Shown here piece after piece: positions 39,230 through 54,311 of a stretch of 64,000 nt of DNA. Below the pieces are notes generated by a model, which searched no databases, was not told the DNA's origin, and saw nothing but the letters and a program-made list of their open reading frames with translations. The stretch comes from the human T2T-CHM13v2.0 reference genome, Homo sapiens. The DNA is taken from NCBI RefSeq assembly GCF_009914755.1, contig NC_060926.1. One strand, 5' to 3'. How positions within the stretch are numbered: the stretch's first letter is position 1; the number at the start of each line of letters is the position of its first letter. Both the position numbers and the translations under genes were made by a program.

Positions 39230-39622
39230 CTAAGTGAAAGCGAAAAGAGGCTGGGATGAAGGGTGCAAAGCAATAGTAAAGAAAGCAGGTTTGAGATCTA
39301 GAACAGAATAATGGGTTGTAAAGGGAGGTACTGAGGACAGGAGAGTATATGGGTTTGGCACCATGGGGTGGATAGGCAAAACAATTTGGTTGATAAGGCG
39401 CAGATCCTGAACTAACCTGTAAGCCTTGTCTGGTTTTAGGACAGGTAAAATGGGCGAATGGTAAGGAGAGTTTATAGGCTTTAAAAGGCCATGCTGTAGC
39501 AGGCGAGTGATAACAGGCTTTAATCTTTTTAAAGCATGCTGCGGGATGGCATATTGGCGTTGAGCGGGGTAAGGGTGATTAGGTTTTAATGAGATGGTAA
39601 GGGGTGCATGATCGGTCGCCAA
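39230..39622 (-). pseudogene. HERV-H pol (reverse transcriptase N-terminal) fragment
   Basis: SPILPVLKPDKAYRLVQDLRLIN...SVLDLKPAFF...FAFT then TAG where W is expected. Confidence 0.9.
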
Positions 39623-41477
39623 GGAGGGAGTAGAGGTATCTTATACTTGTGGGTTAAGGTGGGGGATACAAGAGGAGGACGCAAAGGAGGCTTTGGATTG
39701 GGAAGAAGGGCGGCAGTGAGATATAGCTGTAGTCCAGGAATAGTCACGGAAGCAGATAATTTAGTTAAAGTGTCTCGGCCTAATAAGGGACCTGGGCAGG
39801 TGGGGATAACTAAAAGGAGTGCTTAAAAGAGTATTGTCTAAGTTGGCACCAGAGTTGGGGAGTTTTAAGAGGTTTAGAAGCCTGGCCGTCAATACGCACA
39901 ACAGTTACAGAAGCAAGGGAAACAGGCACTTGAAAACAAGGTAATGTGGAGTAGCCTCCGTATTGATTAAGAAGGGGACAGACTTACCCTCCACTGTGAG
40001 AGTTACCTAGAGCATCTGTGATGGTCCTGTAGGCTTCTGAGGCTATCGGGCAGTGTCAATCTTCAGCTGCTAAACCAAGAAGATCTGAGAAGGAGTCAGA
40101 GAGCCTTGGGCCAGAGTTCCAGGGGCTCTGGAAGTGGCTGCCGGTGAGTTGAACAGTCCGATTTTCAGTGGGGTCCTGCACAGATGGGACACGGCTTAGG
40201 AGGAATTCCGCGCTGTGGGCATTCCTTGGCCCAGTGGCCAGATTTCTGGCACTTGTGGCAAGCTCCTGGGGGAGGAGGTTCTGGAGGAACCCCTGGCAGC
40301 TGCGGTTCAGGTGTTTGGAGTTCTTGTGTGCTGGAGATGTGGCTGGGGTTTGTCTCACAGTGGAGGAAAGAATTGCAACTCAGAAATATGTTGCTACTTG
40401 GCTGCCTCCACTCTATTATTGTACACCTTGAAGGTGAGGTTAATTAAGTCCTGTTGTGGGGTTTGAGGGCCGGAATTTAATTTTTGGAGTTTTATTTAAT
40501 GTCAGGAGCAGATTGGGTAATAAAATGTATATTGAGAATAAGACGGCCTTTTGACCTTTTAGGGTCTAGGGCTGTAAAGCGTCTCAGGGTTGCTGCCGAA
40601 TGAGCCATGAACTGGGCTGGGTTTTTCATATTTGATGAAAGAGCCTAAACGCTCACTGATTTGGGAGAGGTCTGATAAAGAAAAAGGAGCATTAACCTTG
40701 ACTATGCCTTTAGCTTCAGCCACCTTTTTAAGAGGAAATTGCTGGGCAGGTGGGGGAGGGCTACTTACGGAATGAAACTGTAAACTGGACCGGGTGTGAG
40801 GAGGGGAGGTGATAAAAAGATTATAGGGTGGAAGAGCAGAGGCTGAGGAAGAATTGGGACCTAGCTCAGCCTGGCAAGGAGCAGACTGGGGAGGAGGGGA
40901 GAGGTCACATGGGTCTGTAGAAAAGGAAGATTAGAAAGACTCAGCGACACTTGGGGTTGGGACTGAGGGGACAGGCAGGAGGGAAAGAAGGAAGATTTGG
41001 GATGAGTTGCACTGGGCACAGAGACTAGGGAGGGACCGATGTGTAAAAGAATGCCTGGACGTCAGGCACCTCAGACCATTTGCCCATTTTACGACAAGAA
41101 TCATTTAGATCTTGCAGGATGGAAAAATTGAAAGTGCCGTTTTCTGGCTATTTGCAACCACTGTCGAGTTTGTATTGGGGTCAAGTGGCATTGCAGAAGA
41201 AAATAAGGCATTTAGGTTTTAGGTCAGGTGTGAGTTGAAGAGGTTTTAAGTTCTTGAGAGCGCAAGCTAAGGGAGACGAAGGAATGGAGGGTGGAAGGTT
41301 GCCTATAGTGAAGGAGGCAAGTCCAGAGAAAAGAGAGAGTAGAGACACGGAGGGAAGGGGTTTGGGGGTTCTTACCCTCCAGAAAAGCAGGAAAGGGGTC
41401 GGGGCACAGAAATAAGGGGTTGAGGCGCAAAGAGGTCAGGGCACGGAAATAAGGGATTGGGGTGCAGAGATAAGATA

Positions 41478-41562
41478 AGTTAAGGCAGGAACCAGCCATC
41501 TGGATGTGTACGTGCAGGTCACAGGGGATATGATGGCTTAGCTTGGGCTTAGAGGCCTGACA
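41478..41562 (-). mobile_element. 85-bp remnant of HERV-H 5' LTR
   Basis: Matches 36742-36826 with 3 mismatches; fused directly to leader repeats. Confidence 0.92.
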
Positions 41563-42224
41563 GGCAGCTTGGAGGTTAAAGGCAAGATGGAGTCGGGTTA
41601 GGTCAGATATCCTTTACTGTCATATTTTCTCACTGTTATAATTTTTGCAAAGGCAGTTTCATATATGCCCCTCTTCTGATCCTTCCTCCTGTTGGCTGAA
41701 TGCAAACAAAATGAATGGAGCTGGAGAAATTGTATTGAACTATGACATAGAAGCCAAACACCAAGGATGACAAAGCAAGGAGCTACAAATAATCTGGATT
41801 CCTGACATCATAGATCTCCATTCTGGCCTTATTCATCTACCTGGATTTTTATGTAAGAGAGCAATTAACCTCTTTCCCATTTAAGCAATTCTTACTTGGG
41901 CTTTTCTGTCATTTGTAGCCAAACACAACTAATATGATAATATTGGGCTAATCTAACTGTCTCACACTCCAATATGGGGAGTTCTAAATGCTGATGATCA
42001 AATTACATGACTAAGCAGATCAGTTCCGATATCAGGTATGTTCACCAACCTCAACTGGGCCCTCAGTGCTGCATAGCAGTCTCTCCAATTCTCTCTGGTA
42101 GCCACTTCAGGCATTTATGCTCCTCAAACTTTTCACTTCTCCTTCTCCCACTTCTCAGCAGTTGACCTCTGCTTATTTCAGAGGGAACATATAAGAAACC
42201 ATTAGATAAGAACTTACCCCTTCA

Positions 42225-42454
42225 GGCTGGGCGCAGTGGCTTACGCCTGTAATCTCAGCACTTTGGGAGGCTGAGGCGGGCGGATCATGAGGTCAGGAGA
42301 TCGAAACCATCCTGGCTGACATGGTGAAACCCCGTCTCTACTAAAAAATACAAAAAATTAGCCGGGTGTGGTGGCAGGTGCCTGTAGTCCCAGCTACTTG
42401 GGAGGCTGAGGCAGGAAAATCACTTGAACCCAGGAGGTGGAAGCTTCAGTGAGC
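42225..42454 (+). mobile_element. 3'-truncated Alu within L2 sequence
   Basis: Ends abruptly at CAGTGAGCC, no tail. Confidence 0.85.
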
Positions 42455-42849
42455 CCTCTCCCTCTCCTTTTCTTCCCAACCATAGTCAAACTACTTGACT
42501 TTTCTGAGTCCACTTCTTCATCCTTAAGGGTCTTCTCAAAACCTCTGAAGTATGGCTTCAGCTTCTGTCACTCCATGAAAATGCTGTCAAGGTTGCCAAC
42601 TTCCCTTGTAGCTAAATCTACTGGACATTTCTCAGTCCTCAGCTTACTTTGCTCCTCAGTAATGTGACATCGCAAACCATCTCTCCTTAAATGATTCTTG
42701 TCTCTTGGCTTGTGTGCTATTGATCTCTTCTGGTTTTCTATCTCTTTTTCTTTCTGACAGCTCTTCCCCTTGGTCTTTGTTATGGGTTTCTTTTCTTTCA
42801 TCCTACCCCTTAAATGTTAATCTCAGTCTAATCCTAATCACCCCACCCT

Positions 42850-43182
42850 AATCCTCGTATCATGCAAAGGAATTTTCTACTTGGCCGGCGCCATGTTTTC
42901 TGCTCCTTACTGTACATGTGGTCGGCAAGAAAAACGGAAGATGGAGCCGCCATGTTGAACATGCCAACCCACAGGTAGCCTTTCCCTATTGGCACAGCTG
43001 CCGGCATTCACCCGTGCAAGCTTCCAGCTTGCCTTTGTATGTCTGCAGCTTTATTTTACAGGCTGCACTCTGTTAGAAAAGAAAATGATTTGTGGGCTGC
43101 TTTTCATTAAAAGGAAAACCTTATCTAGGACTTTCTTACTGTCACTATCTGCCTAAATAATTTCTTTTTAACTCCTATATCA
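42850..43182 (-). mobile_element. MER50-like ERV1 LTR, 5' part only
   Basis: Minus-strand start TGATATAGGAGTTAAAAAGAAATTATTTAGGCAGATAGTG. Confidence 0.7.
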
Positions 43183-43444
43183 AAACCACCATCCATCTAA
43201 TTGCCTAAGCCTGTCACGGATACACTTTCATCTAAACAATCATAAAGCCCTGCCAAGTTTACTTTTACATATGTTACATATGTTTCAGACCCATTCATCT
43301 CTCTCCATTCCTACTGCTACTTCCCTTATTCCAGTTCCCCATCATCGTTCACTTGGGCTATTCTATAACTTTCTGTCTCTCTGCCTCCAGTCTTCCACAC
43401 CCATTCTCCACAGTACAGCCACAGTGATCTTTCAAACGTGGTAA

Positions 43445-43737
<293 letters not shown>

Positions 43738-44144
43738 TGAAGCATTGAGATTTAATCACACCATTCTCTGATTCCTTATGGCCCATAGGATAAAGCTCAA
43801 CATCTAGACTTGGCTTACAAAAGCCTGTCCATGTGTCTTCTGCCTGTGTCTTTGGCCTCTTTTCTTGCCACTCACCTCCTTTTACTCTCCATTTACCCAC
43901 ATTCAATTCCATTTTCTCAAGTATGCACTACTCTCTATTGGTGCTGAGTCACTGCAAAAACTAAGACATTCCTTCTGCTGGGAATCCTCTTCCCACTGTC
44001 CCCACCTGCCACTCTGCCCCCATCTTTAGCTATCTCCCTTTTCCTTCAAGTCCCTGATTCCAAACATTTCCTTTTACAGCATCTTCTCTGATTTCCAGAG
44101 TCTGGTTCAGTGCCCCTTCTATGTGCTCCCAAAGGTCTTCTTCC

Positions 44145-44885
44145 TCTTTTTTAAAATTAATTTTTAATTTTTGTGGGTACATAATAGGTATATGGATTTA
44201 TGGGGTACATGAGATACTTTGATACAGGCGTGTTAATATGTAATAATTGTATCAGGGTAAATGGAGTATCCATCACCTCAAGCATTTATTCTTTGTGTTA
44301 CAGACAATCCAATTTTGCTATTTTAGTTATTTTTAAATGTACAATTATTTTTTACTATAGTCACCAGGTTGTGCTAGCAAATACTAGGTCTTATTCATTC
44401 TTTCTATTTTTTGTACGCATTAACCATCCTCACTTCTCCCCCATATCCCCACTACCCTTCCCAGACTCTGGTAACCATGCTTCTACTATTTCCATGAGTT
44501 CAGCTGTTTTAATTTTTAGCTCCCACAAATAAGTGAGAACATGCAAACTTTGTCTTTCTGTGCCTGGCTTACTTCACTTAACATAATGACCTCCAGTTCC
44601 ATCCATGTTGTTGCAAATGAAAGGAGCTCATTCTTTTTTTATGGCAGATTAGTACTCCATTGTGTATGGGGACCACATTTTCTTTATCCATTAATCTGTT
44701 GGTGGACATGTAGGTTGTTTCCAATCTTGGATATCGTGAACAGTGCTGCAGTAAACATGGGAGTGCAGATATCCCTTCAATATACTGATTTCCTTTATTT
44801 TGGGTATATACCCAGCAGTGGGATTACTGGATCATCTGGTTGTTCTATTTTTAGTTTTTTGAGGAACTTCCAAATTGTTCTCCAA
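44145..44885 (-). mobile_element. L1MA/L1PB-type 3' end fragment
   Basis: ctcccacaaataagtgagaacatg...tccatccatgttgttgcaaatga...atacccagcagtgggatt L1 3' motifs. Confidence 0.85.
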
Positions 44886-47014
44886 AGATCTTTCCTTCTG
44901 CTATAGCACTTACACCATATTGTAATTGCTTATTTACCTTCTGCAAGACTGCAGCATTGTAAGAGTAAGGACCATGTCTATTTTATTCATCTTTGTATTT
45001 CCAGAGCCTCTCAGCTCAATATATTTTTACTGAATAAATGAACCCAAAGTAGGTATTCAGTTTTTAATACATGCTTCACTTTCCTAGTGGATAAACATGT
45101 CTGGGTAGTCAGGCAATTAAGAAATATTCTATATAACAACCACTCTCATGGTGACTGAAAAGAAAGAATTCCCCTCTAGACATCTTTAATGATTTTTTAA
45201 AAAATCACTAATTTTACCAGAGCATTGTAAATTGTGATACTCAAGCAGAAAAAAAAGATCAAATTAAAATCAGCTCTTGCTTTCCAATTTAAGTTGTCAA
45301 CAGGCCTCTGTGTTTGAGGTTTCCCCAGGAGTCCCACAGGACAAGGAGAGAGAAAAAGGCTTATCACAACTGTCAGTCTAGACTCTTCCTACTTTACTTC
45401 TCCACTCAAGAGTGGAGTTCCTCTCCTATCCAGTGATCTTAAGGTTGCTAGAAAATTAAAAATAGTTCTTCAACACATGAAGGATGAAGGCTCCAGTTCT
45501 AATCTGCTCAAATATTCAATGAATATTTAACTGCAGGCTGACTGTATGCAAGACATCTTATTTCTCATAATCTCCTCAGGTCTCCTGTAAGTATTTTATT
45601 CTCTTGGACAGACCTCCGTTTAAGAGAGGGAGACCCTTACTCTATTGACAAGCCCCCCTAGCCTTTAAGAAGCAGAATAACAGCTGATAGTTTAACTTCC
45701 AATCATACAGGTACCAATCATGCTACTAATTTAAAATACCAAAAAAGAGATTTTGGTAATGGCTAATGGAAAGCTGTCATGGGTCAATATATAATTAAAT
45801 TCCAATACAAATACCAAAAAAAAAAAAAGAATTTTGGTATCTTAAATTATCAGATAATTTTGCTCTGAGCTGTTTTTCTAATCAGATTGATTGTGATGTA
45901 TTGCATTATTCACACTCTTTTATCTATTCATTCCAGTATATATTAGCCCCAATATATATGTGCAAGATTGCTGGTCATAGGATAGTTTTTCTTCAGGAGA
46001 AAATAATTGGTCAACAAAGGGGATCAAAATTTAGATTTATTAACATAATAACTAACTCAAACCCCACTTCAAAAAGAACTGATGATCTGGCATTCCATTA
46101 AAAACCCAGCATTATCTTCTTGGCACCCATATTAGTTTGCTTAGACACAACACCAGAAAACAAAAAGCAAATGTTGGCATTTCAGAAATGCTGTGTTAGC
46201 TGGAAATGAACCATGCAAACAGAAGCACATAAAGAACCTTAAGAGTCAATGTGTTTTTTCCAGCCAGGAAAATAGTGTCACTACATAAGATTCCCTTTTG
46301 TTTAATTATACCTAGTTCTCTAAATAAAGCCTTTTATCACCTTTCCACATAAAGGGAAACTTTAAAGAAACAAAGTGACAAAATAGATGTTTTTGAAATA
46401 TTTTCACTCAGTGAGGTATGAGCTTCTTGTTGCAAACCCTCTCTAGTAGATGCTGGGTCCTGTGGTTACAGATGTACTTACAAGCCAAGGATATCTGGAA
46501 ATCCAGGTTAATCAGCAGTCCAAAATGTCAGTCATAACAAACAACAATAATGACAAAGGTCAAATTAATGTAATATTCTCAGAGTAAAAGTGTGTATTTC
46601 TCCTTGTTATGTCAATTATTTTGCTCATGTTGCTCCTATTTTGTAGGACATTTCATTGGTCAGCAGGCTTAACTCATCGTAATGAGGGAATGAATGAAAA
46701 GGTGAAGATCAACTTTCTATTTTAATTCCCATTATGACAAAACATTTTTGCAGATCAAAAAGATGTTTGAACTAGTGTCACAGATCAACACAGAATTACA
46801 TTCCAATGCAAGCTAATAGGAACAAATTCCTTGGAATTTGTTGTTAGAGAATTTGATATGTTGGGTCATTGCTCTGTACTCTGTCCTCCAAACTATATAT
46901 CCTTTCAAAAGTGTTTCAGCTACAGATAATTTGGATTATCCTTTCCATTAGCCATTGAATGATTAAAAAGCTCCTTAGACTGAGGATAACTTTAAAATAC
47001 ATTTAAGATGCTCC

Positions 47015-47312
<298 letters not shown>

Positions 47313-48630
47313 GCTCCGATTTTGTTTTATTTCAAAGAGCCCACTGAGCTCCCAAAATGAAGAGGCTGTAAATTTGTTAGTCTGAGACCATCTACTGTTG
47401 CAAGTCTAATTCCATACATAGGGCCACCACCAAAGACCCAAGGAACTAAAATAGGGTAGAAGAAGTATTAATTCATTGATGCCAAAGGGTTGAATTACTT
47501 TGTTCCCATAGAATGGTAGGTAATGAGATTCATGACCACAGAGCCAAGGAGTTAAAAATAAAAGTATGTTACAAAATGATAGGAAATGCTGGCTTCAGTA
47601 CAACTGAGTCCTCTCCGAAGGGCAAACTGCTTATCTTGATATTTTCTAACTCCCCTCACTCAGTCCCTAGTTTATTTACAGTGAATAACTGCCCATTGTT
47701 ACCTACTTTGATAAAGGAACATTTAAGGACTGGTATCTGAGGCCAGACTGGATTAAGGCTTGGACCCATGCCTTGTCTGAAGAATTCCTTGTATTTGTGA
47801 AATTCCACCCAGACAACATTTTCAATGGTCCTTTTGTATTTAAAGAGGAATTAAAACACTTTGGTAAATAAATACGGCTATATTTGAAATCAGTAGCAAT
47901 AATGAAACCATAAAAGCAGCTGCAAAGAAACTCTTGATTGTTAACTCTCAAACTTTAAAAGTCCTATAGCATATACCAAAGCAGAATAACATTCTTTTAA
48001 TGCTTCTCTGCAAAAGGTTACATCCCAAGAGTCATATCTTTGACTTTAATTTCATCATAACAAGTATCACTTCACAGTTGTATTACCTTTGCAACAAGAT
48101 ACCAACTTTGCATAGTATACTTGATTCAGGGATTCCTGTCACAGTTGAGTTCTTTGAATAAAATCAATGAAAAATAGAATCAACATTTGCATTCATGCAG
48201 TATGACTAATATAGAAATGACACTAAGAAACATGTTAGAATTTACACACTCAAGTGAACACTGTTTCTTTCAACCTAGTCACCTTGAGAAGCTATACTTA
48301 TTCCAGAATTTGGAGGATTTCTTTGGTGGGTGTGTTTATGAGAGAGGAGAGGGAGACAGAGAAAAAGAGGGAGATGGGAGTTGGGGAGAGAGACCAATCT
48401 CCAAAAAACTGCTTGTTCTCTCTTCCCCAACCCCTGTGCAAAACAACTTGGGAAGACTCGCAGTAGGGGATTCCTCCCACTACCCCTCCGCAGCTGCCAC
48501 CTGAGCCCATACTACTTTGGGAGCTCCTGGCTGTAGATAGCAGACAGCCTGTGTGAACCGTTCATTCTCTTGTCCCTATACACCTGGTCCAATTCAACTC
48601 CTGCCCCTCACGATTCCAGATTTTGACAAC

Positions 48631-48931
<301 letters not shown>

Positions 48932-50497
48932 CCAAATTTAGACAACTTTATGGTCGCTATGGTTCAGGTTACTATTGTTCAACTACTTTGTGAATTGAGA
49001 AAGATTTTTTTGAATTGCTTGATAGTATAGTGATTTTAACATTTTAATAAAACATTACCATCTCCATTTCAAATAACTAATTTCCCAAAGGTCATTTGAC
49101 AAGCCAATTGAAAGTGAACAGTATCTGAATACATTGCATTCCTGCAGAGGTATGCTAGGCAAAATAACTGTCCTAACTCCATAACAAATAGTAGAGTAAA
49201 ATAAGAGCCTTGTCATTGAATGAGCACTCATATTAGCTGAATGATTTATAATGATTTATATAGCATACCAAAGGACTGTAAGTGAGTCTACTGGACAACT
49301 CTCGATTCTCTTTCCCTGCTTTTGTCTTTCATTTCCAAACTAAGCAGCCTTTTAGTTAAATGAAATCTGAAGCAGATCATTCCTTACATTTGGGAATCAT
49401 TGTTTACATGACAACAAGAGTTGATAGTTTTACTCTGCAGACACTTATAATTTAAAAACAAAAACTTAAAATGCAATGTTCTTACCTCTGCTTCAACAAA
49501 CAAAACGTGGAAATATAACTGAGTCTTGGAGGATAGACATAGGCATGGAAGTTCTAATACCAGATCTGTCAATCAGTAATCAGTTCATCCTGGCCTTCAT
49601 TTCCTCATCTGTAACTTGATGTCCAAGATCCTCTCTAGTTTATATTTTATTATTTTTATTAATAGTTATACAGTAATACGATATAACTTCAGGAAATCTT
49701 AATTTTCCCTTTAAATATTGGCTGCTTGTTGTGCCTTTCCTCATTAAAATAGGTTCTTAAAAATTTGAATGTCTGGATGACATCCTTTTTGGCTGTCATT
49801 GATATTTCTTCTCTTTCCTCCAGGGCAATCCTTTTGTTCTATTCTGGCACCATCGATTTTCTTCTTGTTGCCTTGTCAACTTTCCAGTTAGTGCCACTTT
49901 TTGTAGTATCTTCACCTTTTCCCTTCCTATTTTTCAGCCAATGAAAGCATATTTTCTGATCAAATAATAGCTTGTATGTAACCTTTATTCTTCTGACTAT
50001 TTTTATTAATGCTTCTACTCAGTATTAAGTAGCTTAAAGGTCCAGAGTTCTCAGTTTTGTTCAATCATCCAAGAAATAGTTTTCGAATATCTGTCATGTG
50101 CCAGAAATCATACTTATTTACCAACTCGCAAAAGAATTCCTTCAATGTGTTCCATCATTAAAATGGGGAAGCAACAAAATGTGGCGATTATGTACACACA
50201 AATTGGGTGAGACTTCCAAAGTTCAAATTCCAAGTCCCCCAGTTAAAAGACATGTGAATCTCGGGCAAGTTACATTGCTATGGCTGGTTTCCATTGTAAA
50301 ATGAATCTAACAGTTGGTTCCTCACAGGGATGCTTTGATTTTTAAAATAATATCAGTAATATTCCTAGTAGGGTACATTTAGAATAGTGCTTGACACATA
50401 GCATACACGCACATGTTAGCTGTGAGGAATGCTTGTACGCTGTGGCTTAATATTCACACACATAGCCGAGTTGACAATTTAATGTCAACCTAAATAA

Positions 50498-50870
<373 letters not shown>

Positions 50871-51399
50871 TGGAAAACTCGATCTTATTACTTTTTTTTG
50901 TTGATAATTATCAAATACAGGCCTATTTCCTTCAGGGAAACTGGACATTAAAATCTGAACTTATAGGTTTAAGAATTCTGTTTTCCATAAGCACTCAAAT
51001 ATTTTTTCAAAAACTTTAAAAGCAAAGCACAACTTGTGCTCTGCCACTGCCAAAAAGGATTTGAAGCAGCAAAATATTAAGATTCAGGAAAACTGAAGAC
51101 TCTTTTTTGTTTTTTTTTTTTAAAGGCAAGAGCCAAGGAAAAAGGTGTATATGGCGAGGAGGAAGAAAAACTTTATCAGAATACTTTCGCTAAATGAAGC
51201 GATTATAGTTGAAAACAAAACTTCATTTCCTTAGAGGGAAGCCAAAGCAAAGAGAGAACCATGAGACGTGTCCCAACTCTCTATTTCAATGAAAGGAAAT
51301 TCACCATTCATCAGGAGGGATACTTTTTTGTTTGTTTCTAAGCTAGCGTGGGGTATACAGAGAACACTGATCATAATGGTTGAGAACTTTGATAGTAGT

Positions 51400-52400
51400 T
51401 ATAAGTGGAGTTGTCCTTCCTTTGGCAAATGTCGTCTGACAGGTGCCTCAGTCTAACACTCAGGACGGAGTTCCTGATTCCTCCACCAGTGAGCCTCATC
51501 CCCTAAACAGTTCTTCCTATAATCTCTACTTCAACAAATGGCAGTTCCATCCTTCCAGTTGCTGAGGCTGATTGAGTGGAGTCATCCTTGATCCCTCTTC
51601 TTTCAAACCCTGTAGCTGATCTGCTAGCAAATGCTGTCAGGTCTGCCTTTAAAACACATTCAGAATCTGATCACTTTTCAAACCACCTCCACTGCCACCA
51701 CCTTATCCAAACCATGATTTATCTCCAGGATTACTGCAATGTTCTCCCTGATCCCACCTTCAGTGTATTCAGATCCTATTAAATATGTCACATCAAGTCA
51801 CTCACCTGCTCAAAACCCTCCAATGTCCCAATCTCATTCAGAATTAAAGCCATAAATCCCAGGGGGCTCTCCATAATCTATTGTCATCCCCATCTGTCAC
51901 TTAAATTCTGTCGTTTTACTTCTTTGACCTTACCTGCTACTCTTCCTTGATTCATACCACTTGGCATCACACGCCTCTTTGCTATTGTAGAAATATCCCA
52001 GACATGCTTCTATTTCAGGGCCCTTGCAAGGGCCTTGTAGAGCTCTCTGCCTAAATGCCCCTCTAAGTGGCCACTCCCTTCTCTCTTCAGCTCTTTTAGA
52101 GCTTTATTCAAATACCACCTTCCCAGTGGGGCTTTCCCTAGCCTTCCTGTTTGATATTGCAAACACTTCTCCTCCTGCCCCAGCATATGACATTTTGCAT
52201 CTGCATCTCCTCTTTCTACTTTATTTGCCCCCTCAGCACAGTTCACTATCATATTGTATATATACATATATTTACTTTTTCTTGCTTATTTCTATCTTGT
52301 ACACTAGAATACAAACACGATGAAGGCAGGGATTTTTTTTTTCCTGCTATATCACCCGGTTTAGGACAGGGCTTGGCACACAGTGGGTATACAAAAATCT
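51400..52400 (+). mobile_element. L2 LINE 3' fragment
   Basis: aatggcagttccatccttccagttgct...gggcttggcacacagtggg L2 motifs. Confidence 0.7.
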
Positions 52401-52416
52401 GTTTTAAGAAAGCAGA

Positions 52417-52722
52417 GGCCGGGCGTGGTGGCTCACGCTTGTAAATCCAGCACTTTAGGAGGCCGAGGTGGGTGGATCACTTGGGTCCAGGAGTTCGAGA
52501 CCAGCCTAGCCAACATGGCAAAACCCCGTCTCTACTAAAAATACAAAAATTAGCCAGGTGTGGTGGCCGGCACCTGTAATCCTAGCTACTTGGGGAGGCT
52601 GAGGCAGGGAGAATTGCTTGAAGCCGGGAGGCAGAGGTTGCAGTGAGCCGAGATCACACCACTACCCTCCAGCCTGGGCGACAGAATGAAACTCCGTCTC
52701 AAAAAAAAAAAAAAAAAAAAAA
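52417..52722 (+). mobile_element. AluS
   Basis: Full dimer. Confidence 0.9.
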
Positions 52723-52925
52723 AGTAGATAAAATTTGAGGATAAAACATTAAAGAATACTTATATAAGAGTAATTCTGAAAGTGGGGGTGACAGACAGAA
52801 TAACAGAGTTCAGTGATGCAGAGTTTTGCTGTTCTGATTTGCTATAGGGCAGTGCTTAGAGAAAACAGAGAAGGGAATGGAACATAGGTTTATTAACCAG
52901 TGGTCTCTAAAGTGTGGTAGCACAG

Positions 52926-53288
<363 letters not shown>

Positions 53289-53378
53289 TTAGAGACATAA
53301 TAAGTGGACTTTCACCAGTGCCCTCAGTCTGGGTCAGACGGGAAGAGTGAAGTGGGACACTCAAATGTTAGAAGTAAT

Positions 53379-53671
<293 letters not shown>

Positions 53672-54305
53672 TTATTATTTATTCCTACCCTGCTTTACAT
53701 GTACTAGAAGACTTTTACATGAGGGAAGTAAGCAAAGAAGGTTGCAAGAGGATAACCTAGTAAAAGAACTCTGATGTCTGAATGGCTTCCCTTCATGTCT
53801 TGCTTCATTACCCTAACATTTTAGATAAAGGGAAATTTAATTCCTTGAACAAATTAAGTAGCATTTAAATATAAAGATTACTTTGATAAAAGAGTTAAGC
53901 CATAAAGATTATCTTTCTTGAGAATGCATTTAGAAGACCTAAATACAACTTTTTCTCCTCCTTGGCCAGAATACTGACATTCCCTTAATACAACTAAGTA
54001 AAAGTGTTCTATTAGGCCATGACAAAATAACAGTTCTGCTTGAACAGCAAACACCCAACTGATCATTTAAATTGCCTGAATTTTTAAAACTTGAATTTGA
54101 TAGAAAATGAGCCAGGTTTTTCCCTGTTAGAAGAGATTGTTTTTACCTGTTAGAAGAAAATGCAGGCAACTTTGGGAAGGACGTGCAACTTTTATGGTTA
54201 CGAAGCCACTATTTAAATAGTCTAACATGCAACTTACAGGTGCCAACTCCCTAGCAAGGCTTAACTTAGAAAAGGCCTCAATTATTCAACCACTAACAAA
54301 GTTCC

Positions 54306-54311
54306 TTTATT
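54306..54311 (-). terminator. PELI1 polyadenylation signal AATAAA
   Basis: TTTATT on + strand ~2.0 kb past the stop codon. Confidence 0.7.

Larger units (their letters stand above)
36467..41562 (-). mobile_element. HERV-H provirus (deleted, non-coding type)
   Basis: LTR7 termini, PPT, gag/pro/pol/env remnants; perfect 5-bp TSD GGCAG at 36462-36466 and 41563-41567. Confidence 0.96.

Noticed and set aside
39230-39622. Possible functional reverse transcriptase
   Set aside because: Stops at the conserved W before the YxDD motif; surrounding pol is disrupted
44200-44906. Two adjacent 110-121 aa ORFs
   Set aside because: Antisense frames of an L1 3' end
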